Positions 25,096-34,681 of a DNA stretch of 35,805 bases are shown here, piece after piece; position 1 is the stretch's first letter; each line of letters starts with the position of its first letter. The position numbers and the translations under genes are program-made. Origin of the DNA: a virus (taxonomy: Duplodnaviria > Caudoviricetes); the IMG/VR virus record IMGVR_UViG_3300049783_000756, positions 1 through 35,805 of that record. One strand, written 5' to 3'. The notes beneath the pieces are model-generated. The model saw only the letters and a program-made list of their open reading frames with translations, had not been told where the DNA came from and did not search any database.

Positions 25096-25362
25096 CTAAA
25101 TAGCCAGCCCGCCGCTTACAACCCAAGCGACAAAGGCCAGAATTAGACCTCCCGCCACAATAGCAATCGGCCATCTTAAAGAGGCGTAGACCTTCTCAAA
25201 TCCTTGATCAACTTTCTTTCCTATGTCCACCATCTTGGCGTCAAGGCTTTCTAGTCGCTTGTTGATGTGTGCGCGTTCGGCATCATTAACGGCGTCGCGC
25301 TTTTCCAACTCAGTTACGCGCAGGTCAATTGATCTAACTGTAGCTGTCATTTTGATTTCCAT
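25096..25362 (-). CDS. Coiled-coil protein with C-terminal TM (XhlA-like lysis accessory)
   Basis: LRVTELEK coiled coil then WPIAIVAGGLILAFVAWVV. Confidence 0.7.
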   Translation of the reverse strand: MEIKMTATVRSIDLRVTELEKRDAVNDAERAHINKRLESLDAKMVDIGKKVDQGFEKVYASLRWPIAIVAGGLILAFVAWVVSGGLAI

Positions 25363-25964
25363 ACGCCTTTGACGAGCTTGTCACCTTGCGCGACCTCTCG
25401 CCCGTCTTTGCCAAGTGGGAGCCGACCATCTGCACCGCCGCGCTTCACCGAATAGCCATCGGGCGCCTCATAGTTTGGCGCTGCGTCGTCTGGGTTCTCA
25501 AGCAATACGTCGACAACTGTGCCAGACTTATCAAGCACGGCAACCCGGCGCGGATATCCCCACGTTTCTGTTGTGAAATTGTAGATCGGGCTTCCTGCCG
25601 GTGGTGCGTCGTCAACAATGACGTATTGATCGGACGCGGGCGGCACCTCATCAGGCCAAAGGCTTGCGGACGAAACCAAGTTGCCGCCCTGCCGTGATAC
25701 GAAATATAGCATCAACGGGGGGCTGTCCCACGCGTTTGCATTGAAGTCCCATCGCTGCCTTGCTGACACAAACCCCGCAAGGTCGGTGATCACTGTGCGC
25801 TTGATGATCTTGACCGCCTTGCCTTTGGAATCCCGCACAACGACGTCCGCTTTTGGTTGCGGCTCGCCATCCGTCCAAGTCAGTTCGTCAACAACCAACC
25901 CAGCCGCGTCAATGACAATGCCACGAACTGTTGACGATGATGCCTCTTGCTTAAAAATACCCAT
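25347..25964 (-). CDS. Tail-fibre-associated protein/chaperone
   Basis: Start MGIFKQ after AAGGAGG; repeated W/Y-x-F...W modules; follows the Gly-rich fibre gene. Confidence 0.6.
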   Translation of the reverse strand: MGIFKQEASSSTVRGIVIDAAGLVVDELTWTDGEPQPKADVVVRDSKGKAVKIIKRTVITDLAGFVSARQRWDFNANAWDSPPLMLYFVSRQGGNLVSSASLWPDEVPPASDQYVIVDDAPPAGSPIYNFTTETWGYPRRVAVLDKSGTVVDVLLENPDDAAPNYEAPDGYSVKRGGADGRLPLGKDGREVAQGDKLVKGVWKSK

Positions 25965-25965
25965 C

Positions 25966-26784
25966 CTACGCGCCCTCCTTGATGCAATAAACAACCATGT
26001 AGCCATTGCCTCCGCCGCCGCCGTTCGCGTCACGGCTTGATCCGCCGCCGCCGCCAGGGAATGCGCCGGTCTCGCCATTGCTGGCACCGCCGCCCTTGCC
26101 ACCATGGCCCGCGTTTGAACTAAAACCGCCGTCCGATCCAGAGTCATTTCCACCGCCGCCGCCGCCCCAATGGGATGACCCGCCAGTAAGAATCCCGTCA
26201 GTTATTGCGACCGCTTGGCCGCCGTACCCCTCAGACCATGCTGTAGTCGTGTTTGCGCCCAAATGCGTGCTGTAAGAAATGACCCTAACCAGATCAGCAA
26301 CAGCGGCATTTATAGGACCACCCCGACCGCCGGTAAACCGGCAATAACCAGCGGCCCCGCTTGTGCCGAATGACGTATTGCCCCCAGCGGTGCCCGATGT
26401 GTTGATTGATGTGTTGACCGATGCACCCGCGCCAATAGCCACCGCCATCGTCGCTGCAATGGTGTTGATGTCGGCAATTCGATACAAGAACCCCGCACCG
26501 CCTGACCCTCCGCTGCCTTCTGTGCTGGTCGGCTCCCTTGCGCCAGACCCGCCACCGCCAACGCCCCAGACGATAACAGTGTCCCCAGCCGCCGCGTTGC
26601 TTGGCTTGGTCCAAGTGCCGCTTGCCGTGAACACCTGCCGATTGTAAACGTTGCCCAAAATCTTAGGCGCGGTCACTTCCCGCTGGCCGATCGCGTTGAT
26701 GTTGTCGCGCATTGCCGTCCATAGCGCGGTATTCATTGACGCGCCGACCGCCACTTGCAGGTTTGTTATATTGGTCCAAGTCAT
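25966..26784 (-). CDS. Glycine-rich tail fibre protein
   Basis: FTASGTWTKP, VGGGGSG, PGGGGG, GGNGYMVVY glycine-rich domain. Confidence 0.8.
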   Translation of the reverse strand: MTWTNITNLQVAVGASMNTALWTAMRDNINAIGQREVTAPKILGNVYNRQVFTASGTWTKPSNAAAGDTVIVWGVGGGGSGAREPTSTEGSGGSGGAGFLYRIADINTIAATMAVAIGAGASVNTSINTSGTAGGNTSFGTSGAAGYCRFTGGRGGPINAAVADLVRVISYSTHLGANTTTAWSEGYGGQAVAITDGILTGGSSHWGGGGGGNDSGSDGGFSSNAGHGGKGGGASNGETGAFPGGGGGSSRDANGGGGGNGYMVVYCIKEGA

Positions 26785-29159
26785 TAGCTTATCGTTGCCC
26801 CTTTTGTGCCGTCTGGGTTAAGCCCGCTGTTGTCCGTTATAAACCCATTTCCCTCGGCAAACAACTCTGGGGTATAACTTCCGATTCCGTCCTCTGTGAT
26901 GAAGTAGATAGACCCGTCAAGTGTGACGTCGATTGCCACAAACATCAACACATGGCCCGCGATCATTTCTTTGGCCTCTGATATCAAATAGCGCCTGACA
27001 TCGCGCTCGCCGCTATCTAAGACGACTTGCGGGTGTGAAATCGTGACATAATCGCCGACCCACGTGTCCCGATCCTTTGCATCAACGTAGAACACGACCT
27101 CCGTGGGGATATCGGCATAACGCAGAGACAGGCGCGACGATGTTTGATTTGCCTGCGCTTTCGTGCTGATAAATGTTGAATAAATCTGGCGCAATTGTAG
27201 AGACCCGCCGTATTGATCCGGCTGCGATGTTGTCGAGTTCAACACCTGCAAAACGTTGGCATAATTGGACGGCTTCTCAAGGTCGCCAGCATAGTCGCGG
27301 GGGTTGAAGAAAAAGTCTATAAAGTTGATCCGCTGGTCTGGCTTCTCTGTCTTTTTGAAACTGGCCGCGATTATGTTGTCCTCATATGTGAACGAATTTT
27401 GTATGTCCAAATTTGTCAGCGCGCGTGACGCACGCATCCGAATTTTCTGGCTGCGTTCATCATCCCATATGTAGAATGATGCCTCTTCACTCAACTTGCC
27501 GATCAGTCTGGACGCGCCGGTCGGCTCTGTAATCAGCGCGTTTAGGACATAGGCCGACAGATACGTGATATCCTCGGCCTCAATTCCTAGCTGGTCCACA
27601 AGCTGGCCCGATATGCCGCCCTCTTCAATCAACAGATCAAGCAAAACTTCCGTCACCGTGGCGCTGGTGTATCGCTTGCATATCTGCGCAACGTCCGTCT
27701 CTGCGTGCTCGTCTGCGGTTGATCCGTCCGTTGCCCTAGTGATGCCCGTGAACGTCGTGTCTGGGTCTGCATAGGCGCGGCCAGTGTACGTCATCAGCTC
27801 GTCATTGACCCGCAACGTGCCCGCCGATGGATATTCAAGCGTCAAGTCGCCAACCACTGCAATAGATGTCACAACCGCGTCAATGTCCGCGCTCAGTTGG
27901 CCCGTTGATTGGGCTGGCACTTGGACCTTGTTAAACTCGACCTTCGACAAAGTGTCGCGGGCATAGAAGTCAATTCTATCCTCGCTTGAATTTGCGCGAT
28001 TCAGAAAGTAGCTGCGCTGACGGTAATTCTCAAACCGTTCTCCCGCGTACCCATCATAGACCCTTACCAGCGCGTCAACCTTGCCGAATTTCTGGCGCAC
28101 CAATTCCTTACGCCAGAACGTCGACAATGTGCGCGGGTCTGTCTCGCGCTCGCTTACATATGGGTCACGCCCAATGCCAGATGACACGGAATCCTTGACC
28201 GAAAAGTCAAGCGTTGCGCGACGCCCAAGAGGGTCATAATCTTGATCAGATCCGTTGACGTTCAATTTCGTGCTGGCAGCCGTTACGTTTTCAAGGCACG
28301 GGAAGATTTTGATCTGGTCTGTTGGCTCGTCTGGGTTGCCCTTGCCCAAAAATAGCCGATCACGAAAGTTGTTTGACATATCGGCCGGCGCTACTTGGCT
28401 GTCATAGAATGCCGCCGTGGTGATGCCGCCCGTGAAGTTGGCCGCGCTTTCCCCAGGAAGCGTAAGGCTGTTTGCATATCCAATCCCGCCCTGGTCAGTG
28501 CCCGACCATACCGTCCCCGCTGTGAAGTCGTCAGTGCCAATCAGGGCAAGCGTCAATTCGACAGGATCAAACGCCCAGAGGTTAATGGTTGACGTGGCCC
28601 CCGCGTTAAAGATGATTTCGGTGTAAAGCGTAAGAGTTGAGCCCTCATATGGCGACACATCAACGCGGATCACACCGATGTCAGCAGCGGGTGGAATCCC
28701 GCCCGCGCCAGCCCTAAACACCAGATTGCCGCTTGTGACGCCAAGATAAGCCGCATTGACGGGGCCGCCTTGTTCCCAGATTACCCCATTTGGGTTTAGA
28801 TCAATGCGAACATCAAACGCCGCAAATATGCTTGCGGTGCGCGTCAAATCACCTGACACGATTGCATCGCCTTGCGTGTAAATCTGGTCGGGGGTCAAAT
28901 GGCGGTCGGGCGTGTCGCGGTAATTGTCAACATCGCGGCAAGTTGCGCGGGTGTTGTAGCACTTGGCGTCACCTGTCCCGACAGCCGTGCAAGGGCCAAC
29001 CCCGAATTGGTTGATGCACTTGGGCAGCCTGATTTCGACAATCTCAATCGGCGCGCGGTCCAAGTCGACTTTTGATATAATCGGGCTGGCGACGACTGCG
29101 GCAGCCTCCGGCGCAACCGCGCCGATCGGCTCTGCGGCAAGTGGCGAAAAACCTAGCAT
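26784..29159 (-). CDS. Tail tip/hub protein with inserted beta-sandwich domain
   Basis: 791 aa after Dit; Cys cluster C...CTA...CYNTRATC; ITRATDGSTADEH motif. Confidence 0.75.
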   Translation of the reverse strand: MLGFSPLAAEPIGAVAPEAAAVVASPIISKVDLDRAPIEIVEIRLPKCINQFGVGPCTAVGTGDAKCYNTRATCRDVDNYRDTPDRHLTPDQIYTQGDAIVSGDLTRTASIFAAFDVRIDLNPNGVIWEQGGPVNAAYLGVTSGNLVFRAGAGGIPPAADIGVIRVDVSPYEGSTLTLYTEIIFNAGATSTINLWAFDPVELTLALIGTDDFTAGTVWSGTDQGGIGYANSLTLPGESAANFTGGITTAAFYDSQVAPADMSNNFRDRLFLGKGNPDEPTDQIKIFPCLENVTAASTKLNVNGSDQDYDPLGRRATLDFSVKDSVSSGIGRDPYVSERETDPRTLSTFWRKELVRQKFGKVDALVRVYDGYAGERFENYRQRSYFLNRANSSEDRIDFYARDTLSKVEFNKVQVPAQSTGQLSADIDAVVTSIAVVGDLTLEYPSAGTLRVNDELMTYTGRAYADPDTTFTGITRATDGSTADEHAETDVAQICKRYTSATVTEVLLDLLIEEGGISGQLVDQLGIEAEDITYLSAYVLNALITEPTGASRLIGKLSEEASFYIWDDERSQKIRMRASRALTNLDIQNSFTYEDNIIAASFKKTEKPDQRINFIDFFFNPRDYAGDLEKPSNYANVLQVLNSTTSQPDQYGGSLQLRQIYSTFISTKAQANQTSSRLSLRYADIPTEVVFYVDAKDRDTWVGDYVTISHPQVVLDSGERDVRRYLISEAKEMIAGHVLMFVAIDVTLDGSIYFITEDGIGSYTPELFAEGNGFITDNSGLNPDGTKGATIS

Positions 29160-29198
29160 TGTTTACCGCAATTCACAGCGCGGCTGTTTGGCTTGGCT

Positions 29199-30461
29199 TT
29201 ATTCATAGCTGAAGGCCGATCCGCTTAGGGAGAATGTCCAGAAGTCGCGCATCCCCATGGGTTCGGGGGGGCTTGTTTGCGCCTCCATTAAATAGGCAAC
29301 GTCTTGCGTTTCACCTGGTCGCCAAGCCACGAACATGGGCTCAATCTCGGCGCTCTGGATCAACCCATCAGGGCCGTCCAAGTTGGCGCGAACCCAATCA
29401 TATTTCAGATGAGAGAATGGGTAGCTGGCGTTTAGGGTGGATCGTTTGATTGACCTGCCCAACAACTCGCCAGACCCGCTCAGGTTGCCAAGAATTTGGA
29501 CGTTCCTATCCATCCGCGACGGCGTGTGCCCCGCATAGAACGGTTGCGTCATCTGCAACGCCTTGCCAATGCGCCAGACGCCTATCTCTGGCATGACGCC
29601 GCGATCTACCGTGACGCGCCAACGCGCAGACGTGACCGGCACAAAGAAAAACAAGATCGGGCTGTTGTCGGATGGCGTGACCGTGCCAAGCGCCGTCCAT
29701 GTGTCGTTTGCGTCGCTGTCGTGCTCAAGTGTGATACGCGCGATGCCGGACCCAAGATTGTGCGCTGCAATCGCAAACATATCGCCTTCCTCGGCGCTGA
29801 ATAGGTCATAGCGAATTGATGCGCTGCTGGCGTGTGCGTATGCGCTTTTGACCTTGATCGTGTTGGATATGCTGCCCGCGTAGCTTATCGCCTCAGACCC
29901 GTTTGATCCGCGCAGATACACAACCCCCGTCGCCGCAAGTGGCGTGAAATAGATTGAGACCATATATTCTTGGCCTGTCAGCTTTTTTATCTGCCCGACG
30001 CAATTGGCCGCCGTGCCCACAACGCCCGCCCTTAGATCAAAGAAGCAGGTGAACGCCGTTGTCCCATCGCTGACCCTGATTTGAACCTCTGGGATTGTTT
30101 GGCGTTGCACCTTGAACGCGACAACGTGCTCAACAGCCGTAAACGTGTACGCCTGCAATATGCTGTGCTCGCTTGTTGTTGCGGTTTCGGACAATGTCTG
30201 GTTATCGCCGCCGACAGTCACACCCGGCCTTGTCCATGATGCGCCCAAAAAGTCCATCGGGTCAATAATGCCATTTTCAAACGGGCGCCATCTGTCAACA
30301 GTGTCCCCGATGTTGGCCCCCGATGCGGGATACAACAATTGCTCTGCCGTTGCGCTTGTGGTCTTGGGCTCAAACATGACGCCCTTGTGCAAGATGCGGG
30401 CGTTTTTTAACGGCATATCGCCAGACGGCAACGCATAGCCCGCCCCAAATGATACGGTCAT
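29199..30461 (-). CDS. Distal tail (Dit-like) protein with inserted carbohydrate-binding-like module
   Basis: Directly after the tape measure gene; AIAAHNLG and PMFVAWRP; much longer than a minimal Dit. Confidence 0.65.
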   Translation of the reverse strand: MTVSFGAGYALPSGDMPLKNARILHKGVMFEPKTTSATAEQLLYPASGANIGDTVDRWRPFENGIIDPMDFLGASWTRPGVTVGGDNQTLSETATTSEHSILQAYTFTAVEHVVAFKVQRQTIPEVQIRVSDGTTAFTCFFDLRAGVVGTAANCVGQIKKLTGQEYMVSIYFTPLAATGVVYLRGSNGSEAISYAGSISNTIKVKSAYAHASSASIRYDLFSAEEGDMFAIAAHNLGSGIARITLEHDSDANDTWTALGTVTPSDNSPILFFFVPVTSARWRVTVDRGVMPEIGVWRIGKALQMTQPFYAGHTPSRMDRNVQILGNLSGSGELLGRSIKRSTLNASYPFSHLKYDWVRANLDGPDGLIQSAEIEPMFVAWRPGETQDVAYLMEAQTSPPEPMGMRDFWTFSLSGSAFSYE

Positions 30462-32407
30462 CGGCGGCCCCTTATTCTAATTCCGTTTTCCTGCCCCTCG
30501 TTGGCCAGTTCAATTATCTGCTCTATTTGTTCGCGGCTAAATCCCCGATCGCCGATAAGTGTCACCGATCGGTTGATTGATGGGGCGCCGCCCGTTTCCG
30601 CTGCTGGTGTTGGCGCGCTGGATTGTGCTGCCGCGCCTGTGGACACGCCACCGCCGCCCGCTGACACGCCCTTGATTGCGCTTACCATGCCCAGACCAGC
30701 GGACAGAACGCCAACAGCCGCAGGAATGCGCGCGAACCAAGGCAATGTTGGATCCGCAAGAACCGCCGTATATGCACGGTATGAGTTGATAAGGCTTTCT
30801 GCGGCACCGAATACCTTTGCGATATTCATCATGCGCTCAGAACTGCCCTGCAACGCGCCTTCCATTTGGCCGAAGAATGTGGATGCCTGCGTTAAGCTGT
30901 CGCCTTGGTATCCGGTCCGCATCCCAGCTAGGCGCCGTTGGTGTTCAGCCTCAAGCCGTTCCTTTGCCGCCTGATGCCCGCCAAGGATCGTTAACTCTTG
31001 GTCGTTGGCGCTGTCTAGGTTTTCCATAGACGTTTGATGCCATTCGGCGACAACCTCGGATTCGGTTTTTAGGCTTTCAATAAGCAATTCAAGATCAGCC
31101 GCGCGGATTTCTTCGGGCGTTTGTCTGTTGCCGCCGCCGCCGCCACTGCGTCGAGGTGCCCGCGTCGGGCTGTTGCGGTCTGGGTCAAGTTGGTCAAGGA
31201 ACCCCTCACGCATTGCGGATTGCGACACAACCTCCTCACCGCCCGCGCCCGCGCTACGCCCGCCCCGCAAATCGCTTGCCGGTCCGCGTGCGTTAAGCAG
31301 AGAAAGGTTTACCGCTGTTTGATACGAAATGCCCAGCTCTTCAGCCAAGCGCGCCGCCTCGTTTGCTGCATCCGTTAATGGCGACTGCATATCAACGCCA
31401 GCCAATTGCATCGCCTGCACCGTCGACGCAGTGATGCCCGCTTTCATCAAGTCAACAATGTTTAGATTTTCTTGGCTTTGCGTTGCCGTGTCTGCCATTG
31501 CCTGACCAAGTTGGCGCTCTTGATCGGATAGGTCTCTGGCGAAATTAGTAAGCCGTTCCTTTTCCGCAACCTGGTCGCGGTAGACTTGCAGCGCATCAGT
31601 CGCGAGGTCTAGGACCGCTTGAGCCTCTGCTATTTGTGCCCGACCTGTAGACCCGCTTCGGCTATCCGCTATCACTGCCGTGACCCTTGCAAGCTCGGCT
31701 TGCGCTTCAAGCATTGCATCCATCAAGACAATGTCGTTTTCATCAACGCCAAGGCGCAATCCGCGCAGCGAGTCATTCAACGCGATACTGGCTTCTTGCG
31801 CCTTTACCATCCTGTCGGCCAAGGATTCCGCCGCCTCGTCTGCCTCGTCTGCTCTGGTTGCCCACTGGAACAACGCAGCCGCGCCCGCAATCGTGGCAAT
31901 CGTGCCAATCGCCATTGGAGAAATCATTGCCATCAGGCCAGCCTTGATCGCCGCAAACGCGCTTTTTGAATCGCCGCCCATTGACTGGAACACCTGCGAA
32001 ATCTGCGTACCCTGTTGCATCGCCAAAATCAAAGGCGACTGGCCAGCAGCCATCATCACGCCGATGTCGTTAAACTGCGCTGTTAGGTTTGCTGTGTGAA
32101 ATCCTGTTGCCCTTGTTGACCTACCAAGCTGCACCATATGGGGATTGGCCCCTCGCATCGCGGCAGCAGCAAGGCCAGCCGAGCGGTTTACGCCGTCAAA
32201 ACCCTTGCTTACAGTGCCAAGGCCAGCCGACGCTAGTGACGTGGTCCCTGCAAGCTGTGCCAGCCTTGATCGCGTGGTTCCTAGCCCTGCGTCGGCTGTT
32301 TTAGCCGCAGCACCAACGCCTACCAGCTTGCCTTCGACGATCTCAAGACCGGCCTCTGCTGCGGATGTATCTGCAACGACTTTGACGTGTACGGTTGGCA
32401 TCACCAT
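30458..32407 (-). CDS. Tail tape measure protein
   Basis: 649 aa, Ala-rich helical; lambda-type AQFNDIGVMMAAGQSPLILAMQQGTQI motif. Confidence 0.92.
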   Translation of the reverse strand: MVMPTVHVKVVADTSAAEAGLEIVEGKLVGVGAAAKTADAGLGTTRSRLAQLAGTTSLASAGLGTVSKGFDGVNRSAGLAAAAMRGANPHMVQLGRSTRATGFHTANLTAQFNDIGVMMAAGQSPLILAMQQGTQISQVFQSMGGDSKSAFAAIKAGLMAMISPMAIGTIATIAGAAALFQWATRADEADEAAESLADRMVKAQEASIALNDSLRGLRLGVDENDIVLMDAMLEAQAELARVTAVIADSRSGSTGRAQIAEAQAVLDLATDALQVYRDQVAEKERLTNFARDLSDQERQLGQAMADTATQSQENLNIVDLMKAGITASTVQAMQLAGVDMQSPLTDAANEAARLAEELGISYQTAVNLSLLNARGPASDLRGGRSAGAGGEEVVSQSAMREGFLDQLDPDRNSPTRAPRRSGGGGGNRQTPEEIRAADLELLIESLKTESEVVAEWHQTSMENLDSANDQELTILGGHQAAKERLEAEHQRRLAGMRTGYQGDSLTQASTFFGQMEGALQGSSERMMNIAKVFGAAESLINSYRAYTAVLADPTLPWFARIPAAVGVLSAGLGMVSAIKGVSAGGGGVSTGAAAQSSAPTPAAETGGAPSINRSVTLIGDRGFSREQIEQIIELANEGQENGIRIRGRR

Positions 32408-32643
32408 TAGAAAAGATCCATCAAATCATCAACGTCGGCTTCGGTCAGTGACCCAGCAAAACGCCCCGTTTCCTTGGACTTATAATAGTCGTATTCGCAA
32501 AACCATTCGGCCATCGTCATGCCCCAAAATTCCGAGGGTTGTATCCCCCAATTGCGGGATGAGAGGTACATCACATCCCAATCAATCCCGTTTGCTGGCC
32601 CCCGAATGCCGAGTGCTACTTTTCGGGGGCCGCTTTCTTTTTT
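32407..32643 (-). CDS. -1 frameshift extension of the tail assembly chaperone (gpGT-like)
   Basis: Open -1 frame from the slippery site: KESGPRK...WGIQPSEFWGMTMAEW...LMDLF, stop overlapping the TMP ATG. Confidence 0.85.
   Translation of the reverse strand, partial: KKESGPRKVALGIRGPANGIDWDVMYLSSRNWGIQPSEFWGMTMAEWFCEYDYYKSKETGRFAGSLTEADVDDLMDLF
32597..32643 (-). promoter_or_regulatory. Programmed -1 ribosomal frameshift signal
   Basis: A_AAA_AAG (32643-32637), 5-nt spacer, perfect 10-bp stem GGCCCCCGAA/TTCGGGGGCC (32631-32597). Confidence 0.85.
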
Positions 32644-32951
32644 TGCGTTGGGCTAATCGCGTCAATCACTGAGCGATACAGCGCAAAGGCATCATCATCA
32701 AATCCGTGCATGTCCGCATAAATGTCCTCTTCAGACACGTCGGCCCCAGCGTGGCGCATAACCAGCGCCACGAGCCAAGCCATGAACCCAAGCTGGGGCT
32801 TTCCCGTGTTCGCCCCGTAGATCAACTCAATGAGTGATACAGGCCCCCCACCATCGCCGCGCTCAATTGATCTGATAAGCGACATCGACGGGGTGAACGT
32901 GTGTTCCTTACCCTGCCAAGTGATGGATACTTCCCGAAACACGCCCGCCAT
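32616..32951 (-). CDS. Tail assembly chaperone (gpG-like)
   Basis: 111 aa between tail tube and tape measure genes; ends just after the slippery site. Confidence 0.85.
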   Translation of the reverse strand: MAGVFREVSITWQGKEHTFTPSMSLIRSIERGDGGGPVSLIELIYGANTGKPQLGFMAWLVALVMRHAGADVSEEDIYADMHGFDDDAFALYRSVIDAISPTQKKKAAPEK

Positions 32952-33365
32952 TTATGCCGCCGTCCAAGTAAGCGCGCCGGAAGATGTCAGCGAACAAGAA
33001 AACGTTGTGGGGTCTGAACCCTCGGCACCACTTGGCGCAAAGCTTGAGATGAAGAACCCGCCCGCCGTTGTCATTACGCCCAGCCCGACAATCTCGACCT
33101 GAAAATCATGCAACGCTGTGCCCGCCGCCGCGTTTGTCGTAAGAGCGATCAACGTGTCATCTTTCAAAACGCCTTCGAGATCCATGGATAGGGATTTTGT
33201 GCCGATGTCATCAAGCAATGTCTGGACGCCGACGTCGTCTTTGTCTGTGATATTGATCATTTCATTTGCGATGGTGAAACTTTCAGTGCGCGCGCCTGCA
33301 ATAACTGCCATTCCGCCGCCTGGATTATATGAAATTCGGACCTTACGCCCTGCCGTTGCGACCAT
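32952..33365 (-). CDS. Major tail tube protein
   Basis: 137 aa; INITDKDD and TFSCSLTSSGALTW, TP901-1/GTA-type tube pattern; GGAGG RBS. Confidence 0.88.
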   Translation of the reverse strand: MVATAGRKVRISYNPGGGMAVIAGARTESFTIANEMINITDKDDVGVQTLLDDIGTKSLSMDLEGVLKDDTLIALTTNAAAGTALHDFQVEIVGLGVMTTAGGFFISSFAPSGAEGSDPTTFSCSLTSSGALTWTAA

Positions 33366-33380
33366 GTTGGCCTCCTGTGG

Positions 33381-33770
33381 TTAGTGGTCCTCGACTCCGC
33401 ATCGGATGACCATTTCAAAGATTGCTCTGCTGTTCTCAAGATAGTTAGGCCCTTTGTAGCTTTGCAGCGGGTAAAATGCAAACACATTGGCGCTGCTGAA
33501 ATCCGCCCGTATGTATTGCAAAACCGCAAGCATGTCCGCGTCTGCCTGCGTCACAAGTGGGGGCGACGCCAGCAAGAACAACGAAACATCGGGCTGCTGC
33601 TGTTGATGGTCAGACCGCCCGCCGGTGCCGGACATTCTAAACATGGCAATCGACGCGCTGCCTGCCAGATCCGCGTCCGACCATCGGTAATACTTCACCG
33701 CGTAGGCACCCAACAGGCCACCGTCGTCAATGATGTGCTGTTTTACGCGGGTTAAGAGTGTTGTGCTCAT
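33381..33770 (-). CDS. Tail terminator protein
   Basis: 129 aa directly upstream of the tail tube; GPNYLENSRAIFE. Confidence 0.65.
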   Translation of the reverse strand: MSTTLLTRVKQHIIDDGGLLGAYAVKYYRWSDADLAGSASIAMFRMSGTGGRSDHQQQQPDVSLFLLASPPLVTQADADMLAVLQYIRADFSSANVFAFYPLQSYKGPNYLENSRAIFEMVIRCGVEDH

Positions 33771-34168
33771 GATGAATACGCCGATATGATGCCGGAAAGG
33801 TCGTCTTGGATGAAATCCCGCGTGCCCTTTTCAAGAAACAAGTTGCTTGCCCCCATTTTTTGCCAGTTCTTTTGTGGCCCGTCATGAACGAACTCTGCAT
33901 ATTCTTGCACGGGCGTGCCGCGCGAATTGAGAGACCCGTCCGCTCCATAGCTGATTTCGCCAACTATCTCGCTTTTCCCGTCGCGGTAAACGCTGCGCTC
34001 CTCTGAGTTGATCAAGCCCGACGTGTCGACGGGGATAAAAGGCGCTGTGTTTGCAGATATCGCCATCAGCATTACCGTCAACATTTCCTCGCTTTCAATC
34101 TTGACCCCCTTCATAGCATCGTCAAGGGCTTTCTGGACTGAGTTTAACCCTGTCACTTGAACCCTCAT
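33767..34168 (-). CDS. Tail completion/neck protein (HK97 gp10-like)
   Basis: PVDTSGLINS, YAEFVHD, FLEKG. Confidence 0.75.
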   Translation of the reverse strand: MRVQVTGLNSVQKALDDAMKGVKIESEEMLTVMLMAISANTAPFIPVDTSGLINSEERSVYRDGKSEIVGEISYGADGSLNSRGTPVQEYAEFVHDGPQKNWQKMGASNLFLEKGTRDFIQDDLSGIISAYSS

Positions 34169-34509
34169 GTCATCAAAACGCGATCAGGCGTTCCCTCTGC
34201 AAACAATGAAGCGTCGTGTTTCATGGCCATGCGGATGATCTCTGCGTCGGATGGTGGTGACGCCCCCGCAATGTCCCCAATGGCCACACGCCAGCCTACT
34301 TTCGGGGTGTCTGCGTCCTCTGCCTCAAGGTAGATCGTGGTTTTAGGCGTGAATTGTTCGCCAACGCTATCAACCGCCAAATTACCGCCCGCCTTGAACG
34401 AACAGCTCAAGACCGACCGGACGTAAGACACAGGCTGGTCATACTCGTCCATAGTCGGGTCCCAGAATGTCGCCTTGGCCGTATAGCTCCAGCCGCTAAA
34501 TGTCCCCAT
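34165..34509 (-). CDS. Head-tail joining (closure) protein
   Basis: WSYTAKATFW start, GEQF; position in the neck module. Confidence 0.7.
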   Translation of the reverse strand: MGTFSGWSYTAKATFWDPTMDEYDQPVSYVRSVLSCSFKAGGNLAVDSVGEQFTPKTTIYLEAEDADTPKVGWRVAIGDIAGASPPSDAEIIRMAMKHDASLFAEGTPDRVLMT

Positions 34510-34681
34510 CGTCGGCCTCGTACTGTTCAGGGAATTGCGTTTGATGTGCCTTCATCATGGCTGTTTTTGTTTTGAACACCTGCACATCTGCGTCGGCACG
34601 ATACGAAACGACGTTCCCATCAAGCGAGATCGCCGCCCCGTTAATGATAAAATGCCCTTTGGTCTGTGTGATGACTTCCAT
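34496..34681 (-). CDS. Small hypothetical protein
   Basis: 61 aa from MEVITQTKG, GGAGG RBS, TAATG coupling. Confidence 0.65.
   Translation of the reverse strand: MEVITQTKGHFIINGAAISLDGNVVSYRADADVQVFKTKTAMMKAHQTQFPEQYEADDGDI

Noticed and set aside
25965-26153. N-terminal extension of ORF 25347..26153
   Set aside because: Ala-rich alternative reading of the Gly-rich fibre gene; a strong RBS supports ATG 25964
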